A stretch of 64,000 bases of DNA, taken from positions 21,865 to 85,864 of the forward strand of contig CAXMQV010000058.1 in the NCBI GenBank assembly GCA_964195905.1. The letters are read 5' to 3'. The DNA comes from an uncultured Gammaproteobacteria bacterium. GTDB lineage: Bacteria > Actinomycetota > Acidimicrobiia > Spongiisociales > SHLN01. The position numbers and the translations under genes are program-made. This document shows positions 30,244 through 39,761 of the stretch, in pieces (positions within the stretch are counted from its first letter, which is position 1; each line of letters starts with the position of its first letter). Under the pieces are notes generated by a model. The model ran no database searches, had not been told where the DNA came from, and was given only the letters and a program-made list of their open reading frames with translations.

Positions 30244-31655
30244 CAGAATTGGAAGTAGATGAAGGCGGCAACACCTTCGTTGGCGAGCGCGTCAATGGCG
30301 AACAGTGAAAGGGCAAGCAGGCCACCCTGGGCAACCGGTGCCAGCCGGGAGAAACCGACCAGGACCCGTTCGACCCTGGCCCTCGTCACGTACTGAGCGC
30401 CGAGGCCGACCGCGATGGCGAGGAGGATGGGGATCGTGATGGCGTCGACTCCCCCGCCCCATTCGGTGGCCAGGCGCCGGATCATCTCCCAGGCGGTCGA
30501 AAGCGACGGTGCCCGGAAGAAGATCCAGGCGAAGCTGACCAGGTGGAACGTCACGAACCGGCGACGGAACAGGGAGGCGGCCGTGTCGGGGGCCGGGGTT
30601 GATCGCAGGGCACGCTGGCGTTCTAACACCAGCCAGAGGCCGTGCAGGCCGCCCCAGATGACGAACCGCCAGGCGGCACCGTGCCACAGCCCACCCAGCA
30701 GCATGGTCAGCATGAGGTTGCGTTGAGTGAACCATCCCCCGCCCCGGTTGCCTCCGAGGGGAATGTAGAGGTAGTCGCGCAGCCACCGGGAAAGCGTCAT
30801 GTGCCAGCGTCGCCAGAAGTCCTGAATGCTGACCGCCGTGTACGGCGCGTTGAAATTGTCCGGGAACCGGAAGCCCAGCAGCAGTGCCACCCCGATGGCG
30901 ATATCCGAATACGCACTGAAGTCGGCGTAGATCTGAATCGAGTAGGCGTAGACCGCCACCAGGATCTCGAGGCTGCCGTATTGACCCGGACTCGCAAACA
31001 CGGCATCGACGAGGTTGCTGGCGAGGAAGTCGGCGATGACGACCTTCTTGGCCAGCCCGATAGCAATGAGGTAGAAGGCCCGCGAGGCGTCGATCTTTCG
31101 GGGGTCCCGCTTTTCCTGGAACTGGGGCAGCAGTTCGGTGCCGCGCACGATCGGCCCGGCCACCAATTGGGGAAAGAACGCCAGATAAACGGCGAAGTCC
31201 AGTGGCGGAGCCACCGCCAGCTTGCGGCGGTAGATGTCGATCACGTAGCTGAGCGCCTGGAATGTGAAGAACGAGATCCCGACCGGAAGCGTGATCTGTG
31301 CAAGCGGCAACGATCCACCCATCCCGAGCGCATCGAGGGTTGAGTTGACCGACTCGACGAAGAAGCCGTAGTACTTGAAATAGCCGAGCAGTCCCAGGTT
31401 GACGGCCACCGCCCCGGCAATGAACGCTTTGCGGGCTCGCTCTTCGTCAGACTGTTCGATCCTGACGGCGAAGAACTGATTGGCCAGGGTTGAGACGACG
31501 AGCAAGCCTACGAACCGCCAGTTCCAGAAACCGTAGAAGAAGTAGCTGGCCGCCAGCATGAACCAGCGCCACCGGGTCGGGAAAGGCATCAGGAACCAGT
31601 TGGCCAGGAAGACGACGAGGAAGAACGTCGCGAACGTAATCGTTGGAAACAGCAT
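30243..31655 (-). CDS. MBOAT-family membrane O-acyltransferase (AlgI/DltB-like)
   Basis: Multi-TM, FWRRWHMTLSRWLRDYLYIPLGGNR invariant-His motif; start at internal ATG 31655 (MLFPTITFATFF). The 63-codon extension is rejected. Confidence 0.8.
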   Translation of the reverse strand: MLFPTITFATFFLVVFLANWFLMPFPTRWRWFMLAASYFFYGFWNWRFVGLLVVSTLANQFFAVRIEQSDEERARKAFIAGAVAVNLGLLGYFKYYGFFVESVNSTLDALGMGGSLPLAQITLPVGISFFTFQALSYVIDIYRRKLAVAPPLDFAVYLAFFPQLVAGPIVRGTELLPQFQEKRDPRKIDASRAFYLIAIGLAKKVVIADFLASNLVDAVFASPGQYGSLEILVAVYAYSIQIYADFSAYSDIAIGVALLLGFRFPDNFNAPYTAVSIQDFWRRWHMTLSRWLRDYLYIPLGGNRGGGWFTQRNLMLTMLLGGLWHGAAWRFVIWGGLHGLWLVLERQRALRSTPAPDTAASLFRRRFVTFHLVSFAWIFFRAPSLSTAWEMIRRLATEWGGGVDAITIPILLAIAVGLGAQYVTRARVERVLVGFSRLAPVAQGGLLALSLFAIDALANEGVAAFIYFQF

Positions 31656-31717
31656 GAGTGAGGATCGGAACGATACTCCCCGCCCGCCGAATCGGTCGCT
31701 TGTCACACCGGGCCGAT

Positions 31718-32203
31718 ATGGTTGCCGACATGCGAGTTGAAGTGAAACGAAGTGCCCGCCGCCACAAGACCGTCCAGGCCCGCCTGGTCGACGGCACGCT
31801 GCGAGTTGCCATCCCGGCAACCATGACCAAGGCCGAGGAGGCACACTGGGTTGAGGTCATGTCCCAGAGATTTCGGCGCCAATCCGACACCCGCGAGATC
31901 GACCTTGTCGACAAGGCCGCCAGCCTGGCCAACCGGTTCGGATTTCCCGAACCGTCCGCCATCAACTGGTCAAACCGCCAGAACACACGCTGGGGCTCCT
32001 GCAGCGTCGACACCGGCCACATTCGGATCTCGGACCGATTGGCCGGTTTCCCCGGCTGGGTGATCGATTACGTGGTCATTCACGAGCTCGCCCACCTCGT
32101 CGAATCGGGCCACACGAGGCGATTCTGGAATCTCGTCAACCGCTTCCCGCTGGCCGAGCGCGCCCGCGGCTACCTCCTCGCCCAGGCCGACGTCGGTAGC
32201 TGA
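31718..32203 (+). CDS. YgjP-like (DUF45/M48-type) metal-dependent hydrolase
   Basis: HELAHLVESGH HExxH-containing C-terminal motif; ~160 aa; divergent to the MBOAT gene. Confidence 0.6.
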   Translation: MVADMRVEVKRSARRHKTVQARLVDGTLRVAIPATMTKAEEAHWVEVMSQRFRRQSDTREIDLVDKAASLANRFGFPEPSAINWSNRQNTRWGSCSVDTGHIRISDRLAGFPGWVIDYVVIHELAHLVESGHTRRFWNLVNRFPLAERARGYLLAQADVGS

Positions 32204-32249
32204 GGAAACTGGGCCGACGCGGTCACGGAGGCCTTCCAGCCGGGTCGTG

Positions 32250-32561
32250 CTAGTCGACTCTCGCCTTCGCCTTTTCCCACGCCGCGACCGCGAGATCCCT
32301 CGATGGGATGTGGAGCGTCCCCTCCACGTCATAGCCGACGAGTTCCTTGGCATCCACCATGGATCGCAGGTCCTCGAGCCCTATTTCGAGCGTGTCGGCC
32401 GCTTCACGGGCCGTTGCCCACTCCCGGTTCCACCAACCGTCCGACTTCGCCCATTCACCCAACTGCGTGAGGGTGCCCTCGGGCAAGGAGCCCATCGTGG
32501 CCTGTTCGATGCTCTCGGCGGCCGCCCGAAAAGCCAGAAATGCCAGAATGTCGGCGGTCAT
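32250..32561 (-). CDS. hypothetical protein
   Basis: ORF with plausible internal start MTADILAFLAF; no domain recognised. Confidence 0.3.
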   Translation of the reverse strand: MTADILAFLAFRAAAESIEQATMGSLPEGTLTQLGEWAKSDGWWNREWATAREAADTLEIGLEDLRSMVDAKELVGYDVEGTLHIPSRDLAVAAWEKAKARVD

Positions 32562-32652
32562 GTGACGAATCCTAGGATTCACGAGAGTGGTTTAGTCCCC
32601 GCAACGAGCGGCATATTTGGGTGATCGACGTTCACCCACGCCGCCTGCGGCC

Positions 32653-32931
32653 CTATCGACCGTCTGGTTCACCGGATTCGGCCTGATCGCCCCGCCCGTG
32701 TTCCGATGACTGCTCGTTGATCACGTGTTCGATACTCGGATGGAATAGCTGATCGAAAACTCCGGGGCCTGTCCCACCTCCGCGGGGCCTGGGATTGTGC
32801 TTGTTGTAGACCCAGCCTCTCCTCCCAGCCCATCGTGGAATCACGGCCGAAGCGAGAAACAAGAGAGCTGCAAGAACCCCGACGGCGATGTATCCGAACA
32901 CGGGATGAGCGTACCAAGCACCGCTCAACAT
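32653..32931 (-). CDS. hypothetical small membrane protein
   Basis: Single TM (HPVFGYIAVGVLAALLFLASAVI) then basic/Gly-rich tail. Confidence 0.25.
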   Translation of the reverse strand: MLSGAWYAHPVFGYIAVGVLAALLFLASAVIPRWAGRRGWVYNKHNPRPRGGGTGPGVFDQLFHPSIEHVINEQSSEHGRGDQAESGEPDGR

Positions 32932-32981
32932 GAGTCGTCAGGTGCGGGTCTCGTTTGATGCAGTCTCCCGATGGGTCTCTA

Positions 32982-33632
32982 TTAGTGAACGACGCTCCAC
33001 ACCGCGATGTAGTGGGCCGTGAACGCTGCGATCGTCAGTGAATGGAACACCTCGTGGAAGCCGTACCTCCGTTGGGAGGGGTTGGGACGCTTGGTTGCAT
33101 AGACGATCGCACCGAGGGTGTAGAGGATGCCACCCACAGCGATCAGCACCACCACGCCCGCGCCGGCTTCCTCGACCAGATCGGATATGAAGAAGATCAC
33201 TACCCAACCGACGACCACGTAGAGCGCCGTGGACAACCATCGGGGGGTACCGGTCCAGAAGAGTCTGAACACCACACCGACCAGCGCACCCGTCCATACG
33301 ATCGCCAGGAGTAGCTTGCCCTGGTCTTCTGGCAGCGCCAGAACCGCGAACGGGGTGTATGTCCCGGCAATGATCAAGTAGATGTTTGCGTGATCCATAC
33401 GCCGAAGCAGCGCCTCGAGCTTCGGCGACCATGTACCCCGGTGGAGAAGGGCGCTCACGCCGAAGAGCAAAACTGCGGTGGATATGAATACCGCCGAGCT
33501 GATGCGGCTGGCCGTGGTGGGCGCTGTGGCAACGAGCACCACTCCAGCAACGGTGGCAATCGGGAACATCGCGGCGTGCTGCCACCCACGGAGCGTCGGC
33601 TTCACCGGACGGACTGTCACATCGGAATGCAT
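32982..33632 (-). CDS. hemolysin III / PAQR family protein (second paralog)
   Basis: 7-TM with conserved HAN..IAGTYTPF and FHSLT motifs; paralogous to 5621..6262. Confidence 0.75.
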   Translation of the reverse strand: MHSDVTVRPVKPTLRGWQHAAMFPIATVAGVVLVATAPTTASRISSAVFISTAVLLFGVSALLHRGTWSPKLEALLRRMDHANIYLIIAGTYTPFAVLALPEDQGKLLLAIVWTGALVGVVFRLFWTGTPRWLSTALYVVVGWVVIFFISDLVEEAGAGVVVLIAVGGILYTLGAIVYATKRPNPSQRRYGFHEVFHSLTIAAFTAHYIAVWSVVH

Positions 33633-33775
33633 CGGGTCACCCTATCCAGTTCCGTCGCACCGACCTCTTGTCGGGCCGGCTTCTCTCGGGCGCCAGTCGT
33701 ACTTACCGCATGAGCTGCGACGCGGCCCTGGCGGCGCGATTGGTGCTAATCACCTGCTCTGGCAACAATGCTCGC

Positions 33776-34420
33776 ATGTCACATCAAGAGGGTCGTGAGG
33801 GTGTCAGCGAGTTCGTCGAGCATCTCGCCTTCACCGCCGAGCTAAAGGACGGCACTCCCGTTCGTGTCCGCCCTATCGCACCCAAGGACAAACGCCGCCT
33901 CGCAGAGGGCTGGAAGGGGCTTTCGTCGCGCTCCCGATACCTGCGCTTCATGCAAGCCAGAACCACCCTCAGCGAATCGGACCTGGCCTACCTCACCGAG
34001 ATCGACTACAACAACCACTTCGCCTGGGGGGCAGAGACCCTCGATGCCCCCGACCCCCCAGGCGTAGGCATCGCCCGGTACGTCCGAGACCCGAACGAAC
34101 CGACCGTTGCCGAAGCCGCCCTCGCAGTCGTCGACGACCGCCAGCGACAAGGTCTCGGACGCATCCTCCTCCAAGCTCTGATCGACGCCGCCCGTGAAAA
34201 CGGGATCGAACGCTTCCGTGCCTACGTTTCGTCCTCCAACGAACAGGTCATCGAATCCCTCACAGCAATCGGAGCAACCCGCTCTGACGCAGGAGACGGC
34301 ACGGTCAAACTCGAACTCCCGCTGCCAACCCGACCACTCCGCAAGTCCGCGATGTACGAGGCGCTTCGCACCGTCGCCATCGACCAGGCGCTGACAACAG
34401 AGACTCCGGACAGCGCATAG
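33776..34420 (+). CDS. GNAT-family N-acetyltransferase
   Basis: AcCoA-binding motif A RQGLGRILLQALID; start at internal ATG 33776. Confidence 0.7.
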   Translation: MSHQEGREGVSEFVEHLAFTAELKDGTPVRVRPIAPKDKRRLAEGWKGLSSRSRYLRFMQARTTLSESDLAYLTEIDYNNHFAWGAETLDAPDPPGVGIARYVRDPNEPTVAEAALAVVDDRQRQGLGRILLQALIDAARENGIERFRAYVSSSNEQVIESLTAIGATRSDAGDGTVKLELPLPTRPLRKSAMYEALRTVAIDQALTTETPDSA

Positions 34421-34566
34421 ACCGGCTGGGAGGGCTGATGTAGCCCGCACCGGTCGGGAAGGGTTGCGTTGGGCGGCTGAGACCCGGGCTCAGAGGGTGC
34501 CGGCCAGGGTCGCAACCTGGTCGGAGGCGCTACCCGCGACCGGGTCGCCCGATCCTGATGTCGGGA

Positions 34567-35184
34567 TCACCCGGAGATCTTCCACAGGAAGGTGTCGAGG
34601 GCGATCCCGCCCCAGGGGTCACTGACCGTCACCGGCACGCTGTAGACACCGGCTGCTCCGGCCCCGATCGTTCCGGAGATGACCCCGTTGGCGGGGTTGA
34701 TGGTGATGCCCTGCGGTAACCCGCTGGCCGACCAGGCGAGAACGTCAAGGTCGTCATCGAGCGCCCGCACAACGAAATCGACGTCGTCACCCACTGAGTC
34801 TTGTCGCATGACCGGCCAGATGAAGTAGGGGGCCCGGTTGACGTTCACAACCGTGACGGTGAAGAACCCCGAACCAGTCGCCCCGTCAGGGTCGGCAACT
34901 TGTACTGTCACCACCGAGTCTCCGGCGTCATCGAAACTGGGTCGGCCCGCGATGGTGATAGTTCCGTCCTCGTCGTCGTAGATCGAAGCCCACGACGGGA
35001 CGCCACTGGCACTCATCGTCAGGAACTCGAGGTCCGGGTCCGTCGCGGTGACGGTGATACTGAACGGGGCGTCCTCGTTGGTGCTCTGGTCCACCAGTGT
35101 GTCGAGGATCGGAGGATTATTCGCCGGTGGGATAGTCGTAGTCGACACAGTGGTAGGCGGTGAGGTTGTCGACGTCGCTGGCAT
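34567..35184 (-). CDS. lipoprotein with two He_PIG/cadherin-like Ig domains (5' end probably extends to ~35435 through a frameshift)
   Basis: Two repeats ...SASGVPSWASIYDDEDGTITIAGRP... and ...SASGLPQGITINPANGVISGTIGAG...VTVSD; upstream in-frame sequence encodes lipobox LILLAVAAAGSCSS but no start codon, while GTG-RKVAFWAGS is in another frame. Confidence 0.55.
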   Translation of the reverse strand: MPATSTTSPPTTVSTTTIPPANNPPILDTLVDQSTNEDAPFSITVTATDPDLEFLTMSASGVPSWASIYDDEDGTITIAGRPSFDDAGDSVVTVQVADPDGATGSGFFTVTVVNVNRAPYFIWPVMRQDSVGDDVDFVVRALDDDLDVLAWSASGLPQGITINPANGVISGTIGAGAAGVYSVPVTVSDPWGGIALDTFLWKISG

Positions 35185-35558
35185 AGTGGTGGTCGGTGAG
35201 GTTGTTGACGTCGCTGGGATAGTGGTAGTGACCGGGGCTTGGGTGGTTGTTGGCCGGGACGTTACCGATACGGGCGCGATGATGCTGGTGGTTGTGCTCG
35301 ACGGAGGACCACGGGTTGTAGGCGGCGGTAGCGTGGAGGTAACGGCATCACCTTCCGAGCTACAGCTACCTGCCGCTGCAACGGCCAGCAGAATCAGTGC
35401 AATTCGGAACCCGCCCAGAAGGCCACCTTCCTCACACCTTCAATGTACACCCGATGTCGATCATCGGTTCCATATGCGCAGCCAACCCGGAACGGGCCGC
35501 GACCGGCAGCCTGAATCCAAGGACGGGAGCGTGATCTGTTGGTGGCTGAGACCCGCGT

Positions 35559-36362
35559 TCAGAGCGAGACGGCCAATGCCTCAACCTGATCAGAGGCGCC
35601 ACCGACTACCGGATCGCCGTGGCCGAAGACGATTGTCTCGAATTGGAGCGCGGCCAATTTCTTGACCGACTCGTTGGCGAGGGCCATGTCCTCGGTGAAC
35701 CTCGGGTTTGGTCCGATCACGCCTCCGGCTTCTCCACGCAGGGCATCGCCGGTAACCATGAGGCCGGCGACCGGGTCCCGAACGACGATCGAACCGGGGG
35801 TGTGGCCGGGCGTGGCGATGATCTCCAAGCCGAACACGGTGTCTCCGTCGCCGACCGGCGTGAGCGTCCGCGGCGACCGAATTCCCGGGATGTCCGGCTC
35901 GCCTGCGTAACCGATGGCATCGGGGGCTGCTGCCATAACATCGCCGAGACTGCCAACATGATCGCCGTGAAGGTGGGTGAGGATGACGGTCGAAACATCA
36001 TCCCAGCCGATGCCGAGGCCATCGAGGGTGGCGGAGATGTCGCCGGCGTCACCGGGATTGCCGGTGTCCACGACTGCCGCCTCGCCGGCCCGGACGAGGA
36101 TGTAGGCCGACACACCGCCGAGGTTGACTCGTTCCCAACTGACAGCCAAGGGGGTACCGCCCGTCGGTGCGGCCGTCGAGGAGGTCGGTGCGGTCGTCGA
36201 GGTGTCGGCCGGTCCGGAGCCCGTCGTCGTTGAGGAATCGGATCCCGACGTCGGCTCTGTTCCGTTGTCGGAGCTGCAGGCCAGGACGCCGACCCCCAGG
36301 ATGGCGACTGCGAAAGTCCCCTGTCCGAGATCCCGCAGGAACGTTCGTCTCGTCATATGCAT
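35559..36362 (-). CDS. MBL-fold metallo-hydrolase, TAT/lipoprotein signal
   Basis: RRTFLRDLG twin-Arg + LACSS lipobox, Ser/Thr linker, THLHGDHVG zinc motif. Confidence 0.75.
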   Translation of the reverse strand: MHMTRRTFLRDLGQGTFAVAILGVGVLACSSDNGTEPTSGSDSSTTTGSGPADTSTTAPTSSTAAPTGGTPLAVSWERVNLGGVSAYILVRAGEAAVVDTGNPGDAGDISATLDGLGIGWDDVSTVILTHLHGDHVGSLGDVMAAAPDAIGYAGEPDIPGIRSPRTLTPVGDGDTVFGLEIIATPGHTPGSIVVRDPVAGLMVTGDALRGEAGGVIGPNPRFTEDMALANESVKKLAALQFETIVFGHGDPVVGGASDQVEALAVSL

Positions 36363-36420
36363 CCGTTCCCTCCCCTACTGAGGTGCCAGCCTACGCGGGC
36401 CCGGCCGAAACCGGGACCCG

Positions 36421-37575
36421 TCAGCGGAGACGGGCGTACTCCTCCGGGTTGGCCTGCTTCCATCGAACCGTCTCAACGAACAGGGCGACGACCAGGATGA
36501 GCGCGACCACTATGAGCAGCGTCCTGGCAGCCAGGCCACCGCCCAGGAGAGCGGTGAGTGCGATGAGGGCGGCGGCCACCAGGCGCTCGATCGGAAGGCG
36601 TCTCGCCACCCGATAGGCGGCAACCAGGAACGCGAACAGTACGAACCCGATCCCGGCGGCCAACACCCAGCGCCCATATGCCTCGAGAGGCTCGCCGGGA
36701 TAGGCGGCGATCTCCTCGAGGGCCACGCTGAAGAGAACGATTCCGGAGATGAGTGGCAGGTGGACGAACGTGTAGGCGTCGCGGGCAAAGGCACCTTGCG
36801 GAATGCCCACGAGTGACCGGAGGTGCGCCTCTACGCGGACCGACACCCAGTCGAAATATGACCACCACAACGCTGCCACCGCCGTGAAACCCGCCACCAG
36901 GGTGACGCCAAGCGCGAGGCTCACCTCAGCGCCGCTCAACCCCACCCCGATCGCGATGACCGTCTCTCCAAGGGCGACAATCACGAGCAGGCCGTATCGC
37001 TCGGCGAAATGCCCGGCCTGGATGTGCCAATCGGCCCGCTCGGCTGCCCGGGTGGCCACCAAATCGATCACCAGCGAGCCAAGCCAGATCCACGGCCGGA
37101 TCTCCTCTCCGGCGAAGCCGCCCACCAGGGCGACCAGTGCACCGACGGTTGCAACCGGAAAGAACGAGCTCAGCGCCGCTCTCTGGGTCGAATCGGCCGC
37201 CAGGTAATACACGCCCGTACCGATGATCCGGTAGAGGAAGTAAGCGGCCGCGAAGTACCCGCCCCGGCTTCCGAATGCGTCGGGAATGACCACGGCCATC
37301 AGCAGGATGGTGGCCATCGCGACCAGCAGACCGACACGAACGAGGAGTCGCCCGGTGCCGGTGCCGTTGAGCGCCCAGGTGAACAGCGACCAGCCCCAAT
37401 ACACCATGGCAAGGATCAGGGCTCCCCGTCCGAAGCCGGCCAGGGTGTGGTCGGCCCGCAGCAGGCTCGCCACCTGGGTGATGGCAAAGACGAAGACCAG
37501 GTCAAAGAAGAGCTCGAGCGGCGAGACGGTCAGCTCGTCCTCTCCTACAGACTCGGGCGGGGTGCGTTCTGACAT
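36421..37575 (-). CDS. low-temperature-requirement A (LtrA) family membrane protein
   Basis: LELFFDLVFVFAITQ N-terminal signature, ~10 TM; start at internal ATG 37575. Confidence 0.7.
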   Translation of the reverse strand: MSERTPPESVGEDELTVSPLELFFDLVFVFAITQVASLLRADHTLAGFGRGALILAMVYWGWSLFTWALNGTGTGRLLVRVGLLVAMATILLMAVVIPDAFGSRGGYFAAAYFLYRIIGTGVYYLAADSTQRAALSSFFPVATVGALVALVGGFAGEEIRPWIWLGSLVIDLVATRAAERADWHIQAGHFAERYGLLVIVALGETVIAIGVGLSGAEVSLALGVTLVAGFTAVAALWWSYFDWVSVRVEAHLRSLVGIPQGAFARDAYTFVHLPLISGIVLFSVALEEIAAYPGEPLEAYGRWVLAAGIGFVLFAFLVAAYRVARRLPIERLVAAALIALTALLGGGLAARTLLIVVALILVVALFVETVRWKQANPEEYARLR

Positions 37576-37580
37576 TGCGC

Positions 37581-38432
37581 CTAGAACAACGCCGCGATGC
37601 CGCTTACCAGCAGACCGGTGGGGATCAAGATCCAGGGAAGGAGAGCCAGGATGACGGCGATGAGGGCGAAGGTGCGGGACGGGTCCTGGGGCGGCTTTCC
37701 ACAGCGCCCGATGGTCTGCCAGAGGGCTTCGACCGGGCCGTCCAGACTGAGATGAATTCGGCGGCGGGCCACGGCCGCTCCTCGGAGGATGATCCATCCG
37801 ACTCCGAGCATGATGAGGCCGATCACGACGGTGGCGATAACCCGCCCCGCCGTCCCTCGTAATGCCGAAACGATGGCCTGCTGGATCAGGCTGAGGAGCG
37901 TTGAGAAGACCGCCCCGCCGACCACGAACAGCGGGACACCGAGGGCGTTGCGCTTGAAGCCGGGCTTGAGGCGCTCCATCTGCATGCGGGCCCGCATCAG
38001 CCTGTAGCGGCTCGGGTCGTCCTCCCGGGCGTTTGCCTCCCGTCGGCCATACAGGTCGAGCATCTTGTCGGCCACCGAGCCCTGATGGGACCGGATGATG
38101 AACGTCGCCACTTGCTGGACGAGAAAGGCGGCGATCGGACTGAGCGGGCCGGCCCCCCGCACCTTGACGGAACGGCCCCCGTTGCGGTCGAGCACCTCGA
38201 GGGCTCGGACTACCAGTCTGTGCGATTCGGAGAATCGGTCGGGATGGCCGAGGGGCGACGGCGACGACAGCTCGAGGACGATCTCCCGGTCGACATCGTC
38301 CTGGGCACCCAGGTCACCCAGGATGGCGGCGTCGGTGTCACTCTTGCGGAATGCCTGAAAAGCGGCGAACTTCTCATCGAGCTCGTCGAGGAGGAGCTCC
38401 TTGGGTGGCGGGGCTGATTGATCCGTGGACAT
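37581..38432 (-). CDS. hypothetical membrane protein, upstream partner of ltrA
   Basis: Soluble N-terminal ~180 aa + 3-4 C-terminal TM helices; stop 6 nt before ltrA start. Confidence 0.4.
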   Translation of the reverse strand: MSTDQSAPPPKELLLDELDEKFAAFQAFRKSDTDAAILGDLGAQDDVDREIVLELSSPSPLGHPDRFSESHRLVVRALEVLDRNGGRSVKVRGAGPLSPIAAFLVQQVATFIIRSHQGSVADKMLDLYGRREANAREDDPSRYRLMRARMQMERLKPGFKRNALGVPLFVVGGAVFSTLLSLIQQAIVSALRGTAGRVIATVVIGLIMLGVGWIILRGAAVARRRIHLSLDGPVEALWQTIGRCGKPPQDPSRTFALIAVILALLPWILIPTGLLVSGIAALF

Positions 38433-38481
38433 CGTCCGAGGATAGTGGCCGGCTTTGCGGCGCGACCGGCCGGCATTTCCC

Positions 38482-38931
38482 TCATTGGACGCAGAACTCG
38501 TTGCCTTCCGGGTCCGCCATGACGACCCAGTATTCGTGCTGCCGATCGAAGCGCTCGAGGAAGGTCCCTCCTGCGTCGAGCAGCCGGGCCACGGCGGCTT
38601 CAACTGCTTCTGTTTTCTCACGCCGTTCGACGTGATGTCCACCGCCGGTGTTCACATCGAGGTGGACGCGATTCTTGGCGGTCTTGCCCTCCGGCACCAG
38701 CTGAAAGAACAGGCGAGGGCCAATGCCGTCGGGATCAACGAGGGCGCGGGCGTCATTCCACTTCTCTTCGGGGATCTCCATGGCACGGGCCCAGTCATCC
38801 CATGAGTCGAATCCTTCCGGGGGAGCCTGGACAACGTAGCCAAGCGCCAGGGCCCAGAAGTCGGACAGGCGGGCCGGATCATTGGAATCGAACACGACTT
38901 GGATCGGCGCTGCCACTGCGTTTGCCCTCAT
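38482..38931 (-). CDS. VOC (glyoxalase/bleomycin-resistance) family protein
   Basis: Two beta-alpha-beta-beta-beta halves (VVFDSNDPARLSDFW ... HLDVNTGGG ... VVMADPEGNEFCV). Confidence 0.6.
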   Translation of the reverse strand: MRANAVAAPIQVVFDSNDPARLSDFWALALGYVVQAPPEGFDSWDDWARAMEIPEEKWNDARALVDPDGIGPRLFFQLVPEGKTAKNRVHLDVNTGGGHHVERREKTEAVEAAVARLLDAGGTFLERFDRQHEYWVVMADPEGNEFCVQ

Positions 38932-38974
38932 TCAAATGGATGCCAGGCGTCGCCATCGATCCTAGAGTCGAGGA

Positions 38975-39724
38975 ATGCGCCGCGTCCTTGACTGGGTATT
39001 CACAGTCCCGTTCCTCCTCGCCTTCGGGCTGACCCTCGTCTTCTACGACATCGTTGGGCGACTTGTTCGGCCCTTCAGCTTGCGCGGCTTCGAGTACGTC
39101 ATGGCGGCGTTGCAGCGGACCCTGATGAATTGCTTCCGCATCTGCGGAACCCGCATTCGGGTCGAGCGCTCCCCCGCCATTGAGCCCCGCACCGGATACG
39201 CCATCATCTCAAATCATCAGAGCATGTTCGACATCGTCCTCATCGGCGGACTGCTGTTTACCAACTTCCCGAAGTATGTGGCGAAGAAGGAGCTCGGGCG
39301 GGGGCTCCCGAGTATCTCGCTCAACCTCCGGTGGGGCGGCAACGTGCTCATCGACCGGAAGGACCGCGCCCAGGCGGTGGCGGCTATCTCCGAGATGACC
39401 GAGACCGCCCAGCGGCGCGACGTGAGCGTCGCCATCTTTCCGGAGGGAACCCGCAGTCGGGATGGTCGCCTTAAGACGTTTCGTCGGGCCGGAAGCCGGG
39501 CCCTCCTCGAAGGCGCCGACCAACTGCCGGTGGTGCCCGTCGCGGTCGACGGAGCCTGGAAGCTGCTCCGCCACAACCTCAAGCCGGTCCCGTTTGGCAC
39601 CACCGTCATGATCAGATTCGGCGACCCGATCCCTCGCACTCCCGGCGACGCAGACGAGGTAGCGGCCAAGGCGGAAGCCTGGATCGCCGCCACCCTCAAC
39701 GAGTGGCACGGTATTGAGGCCTGA
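38975..39724 (+). CDS. plsC: 1-acyl-sn-glycerol-3-phosphate (lysophospholipid) acyltransferase
   Basis: NHQSMFD (HxxxxD) and FPEGTRS motifs. Confidence 0.8.
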   Translation: MRRVLDWVFTVPFLLAFGLTLVFYDIVGRLVRPFSLRGFEYVMAALQRTLMNCFRICGTRIRVERSPAIEPRTGYAIISNHQSMFDIVLIGGLLFTNFPKYVAKKELGRGLPSISLNLRWGGNVLIDRKDRAQAVAAISEMTETAQRRDVSVAIFPEGTRSRDGRLKTFRRAGSRALLEGADQLPVVPVAVDGAWKLLRHNLKPVPFGTTVMIRFGDPIPRTPGDADEVAAKAEAWIAATLNEWHGIEA

Positions 39725-39727
39725 GCG

Positions 39728-39761
39728 CGACAAGGCGGGGCCCACAGGCCCCGCCTTGTCG
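39728..39761. terminator. 15-bp perfect-stem hairpin (loop CACA) 3 nt after the plsC stop
   Basis: CGACAAGGCGGGGCC-CACA-GGCCCCGCCTTGTCG; likely intrinsic/bidirectional terminator in a convergent spacer (no U-tract, common in high-GC genomes). Confidence 0.6.
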
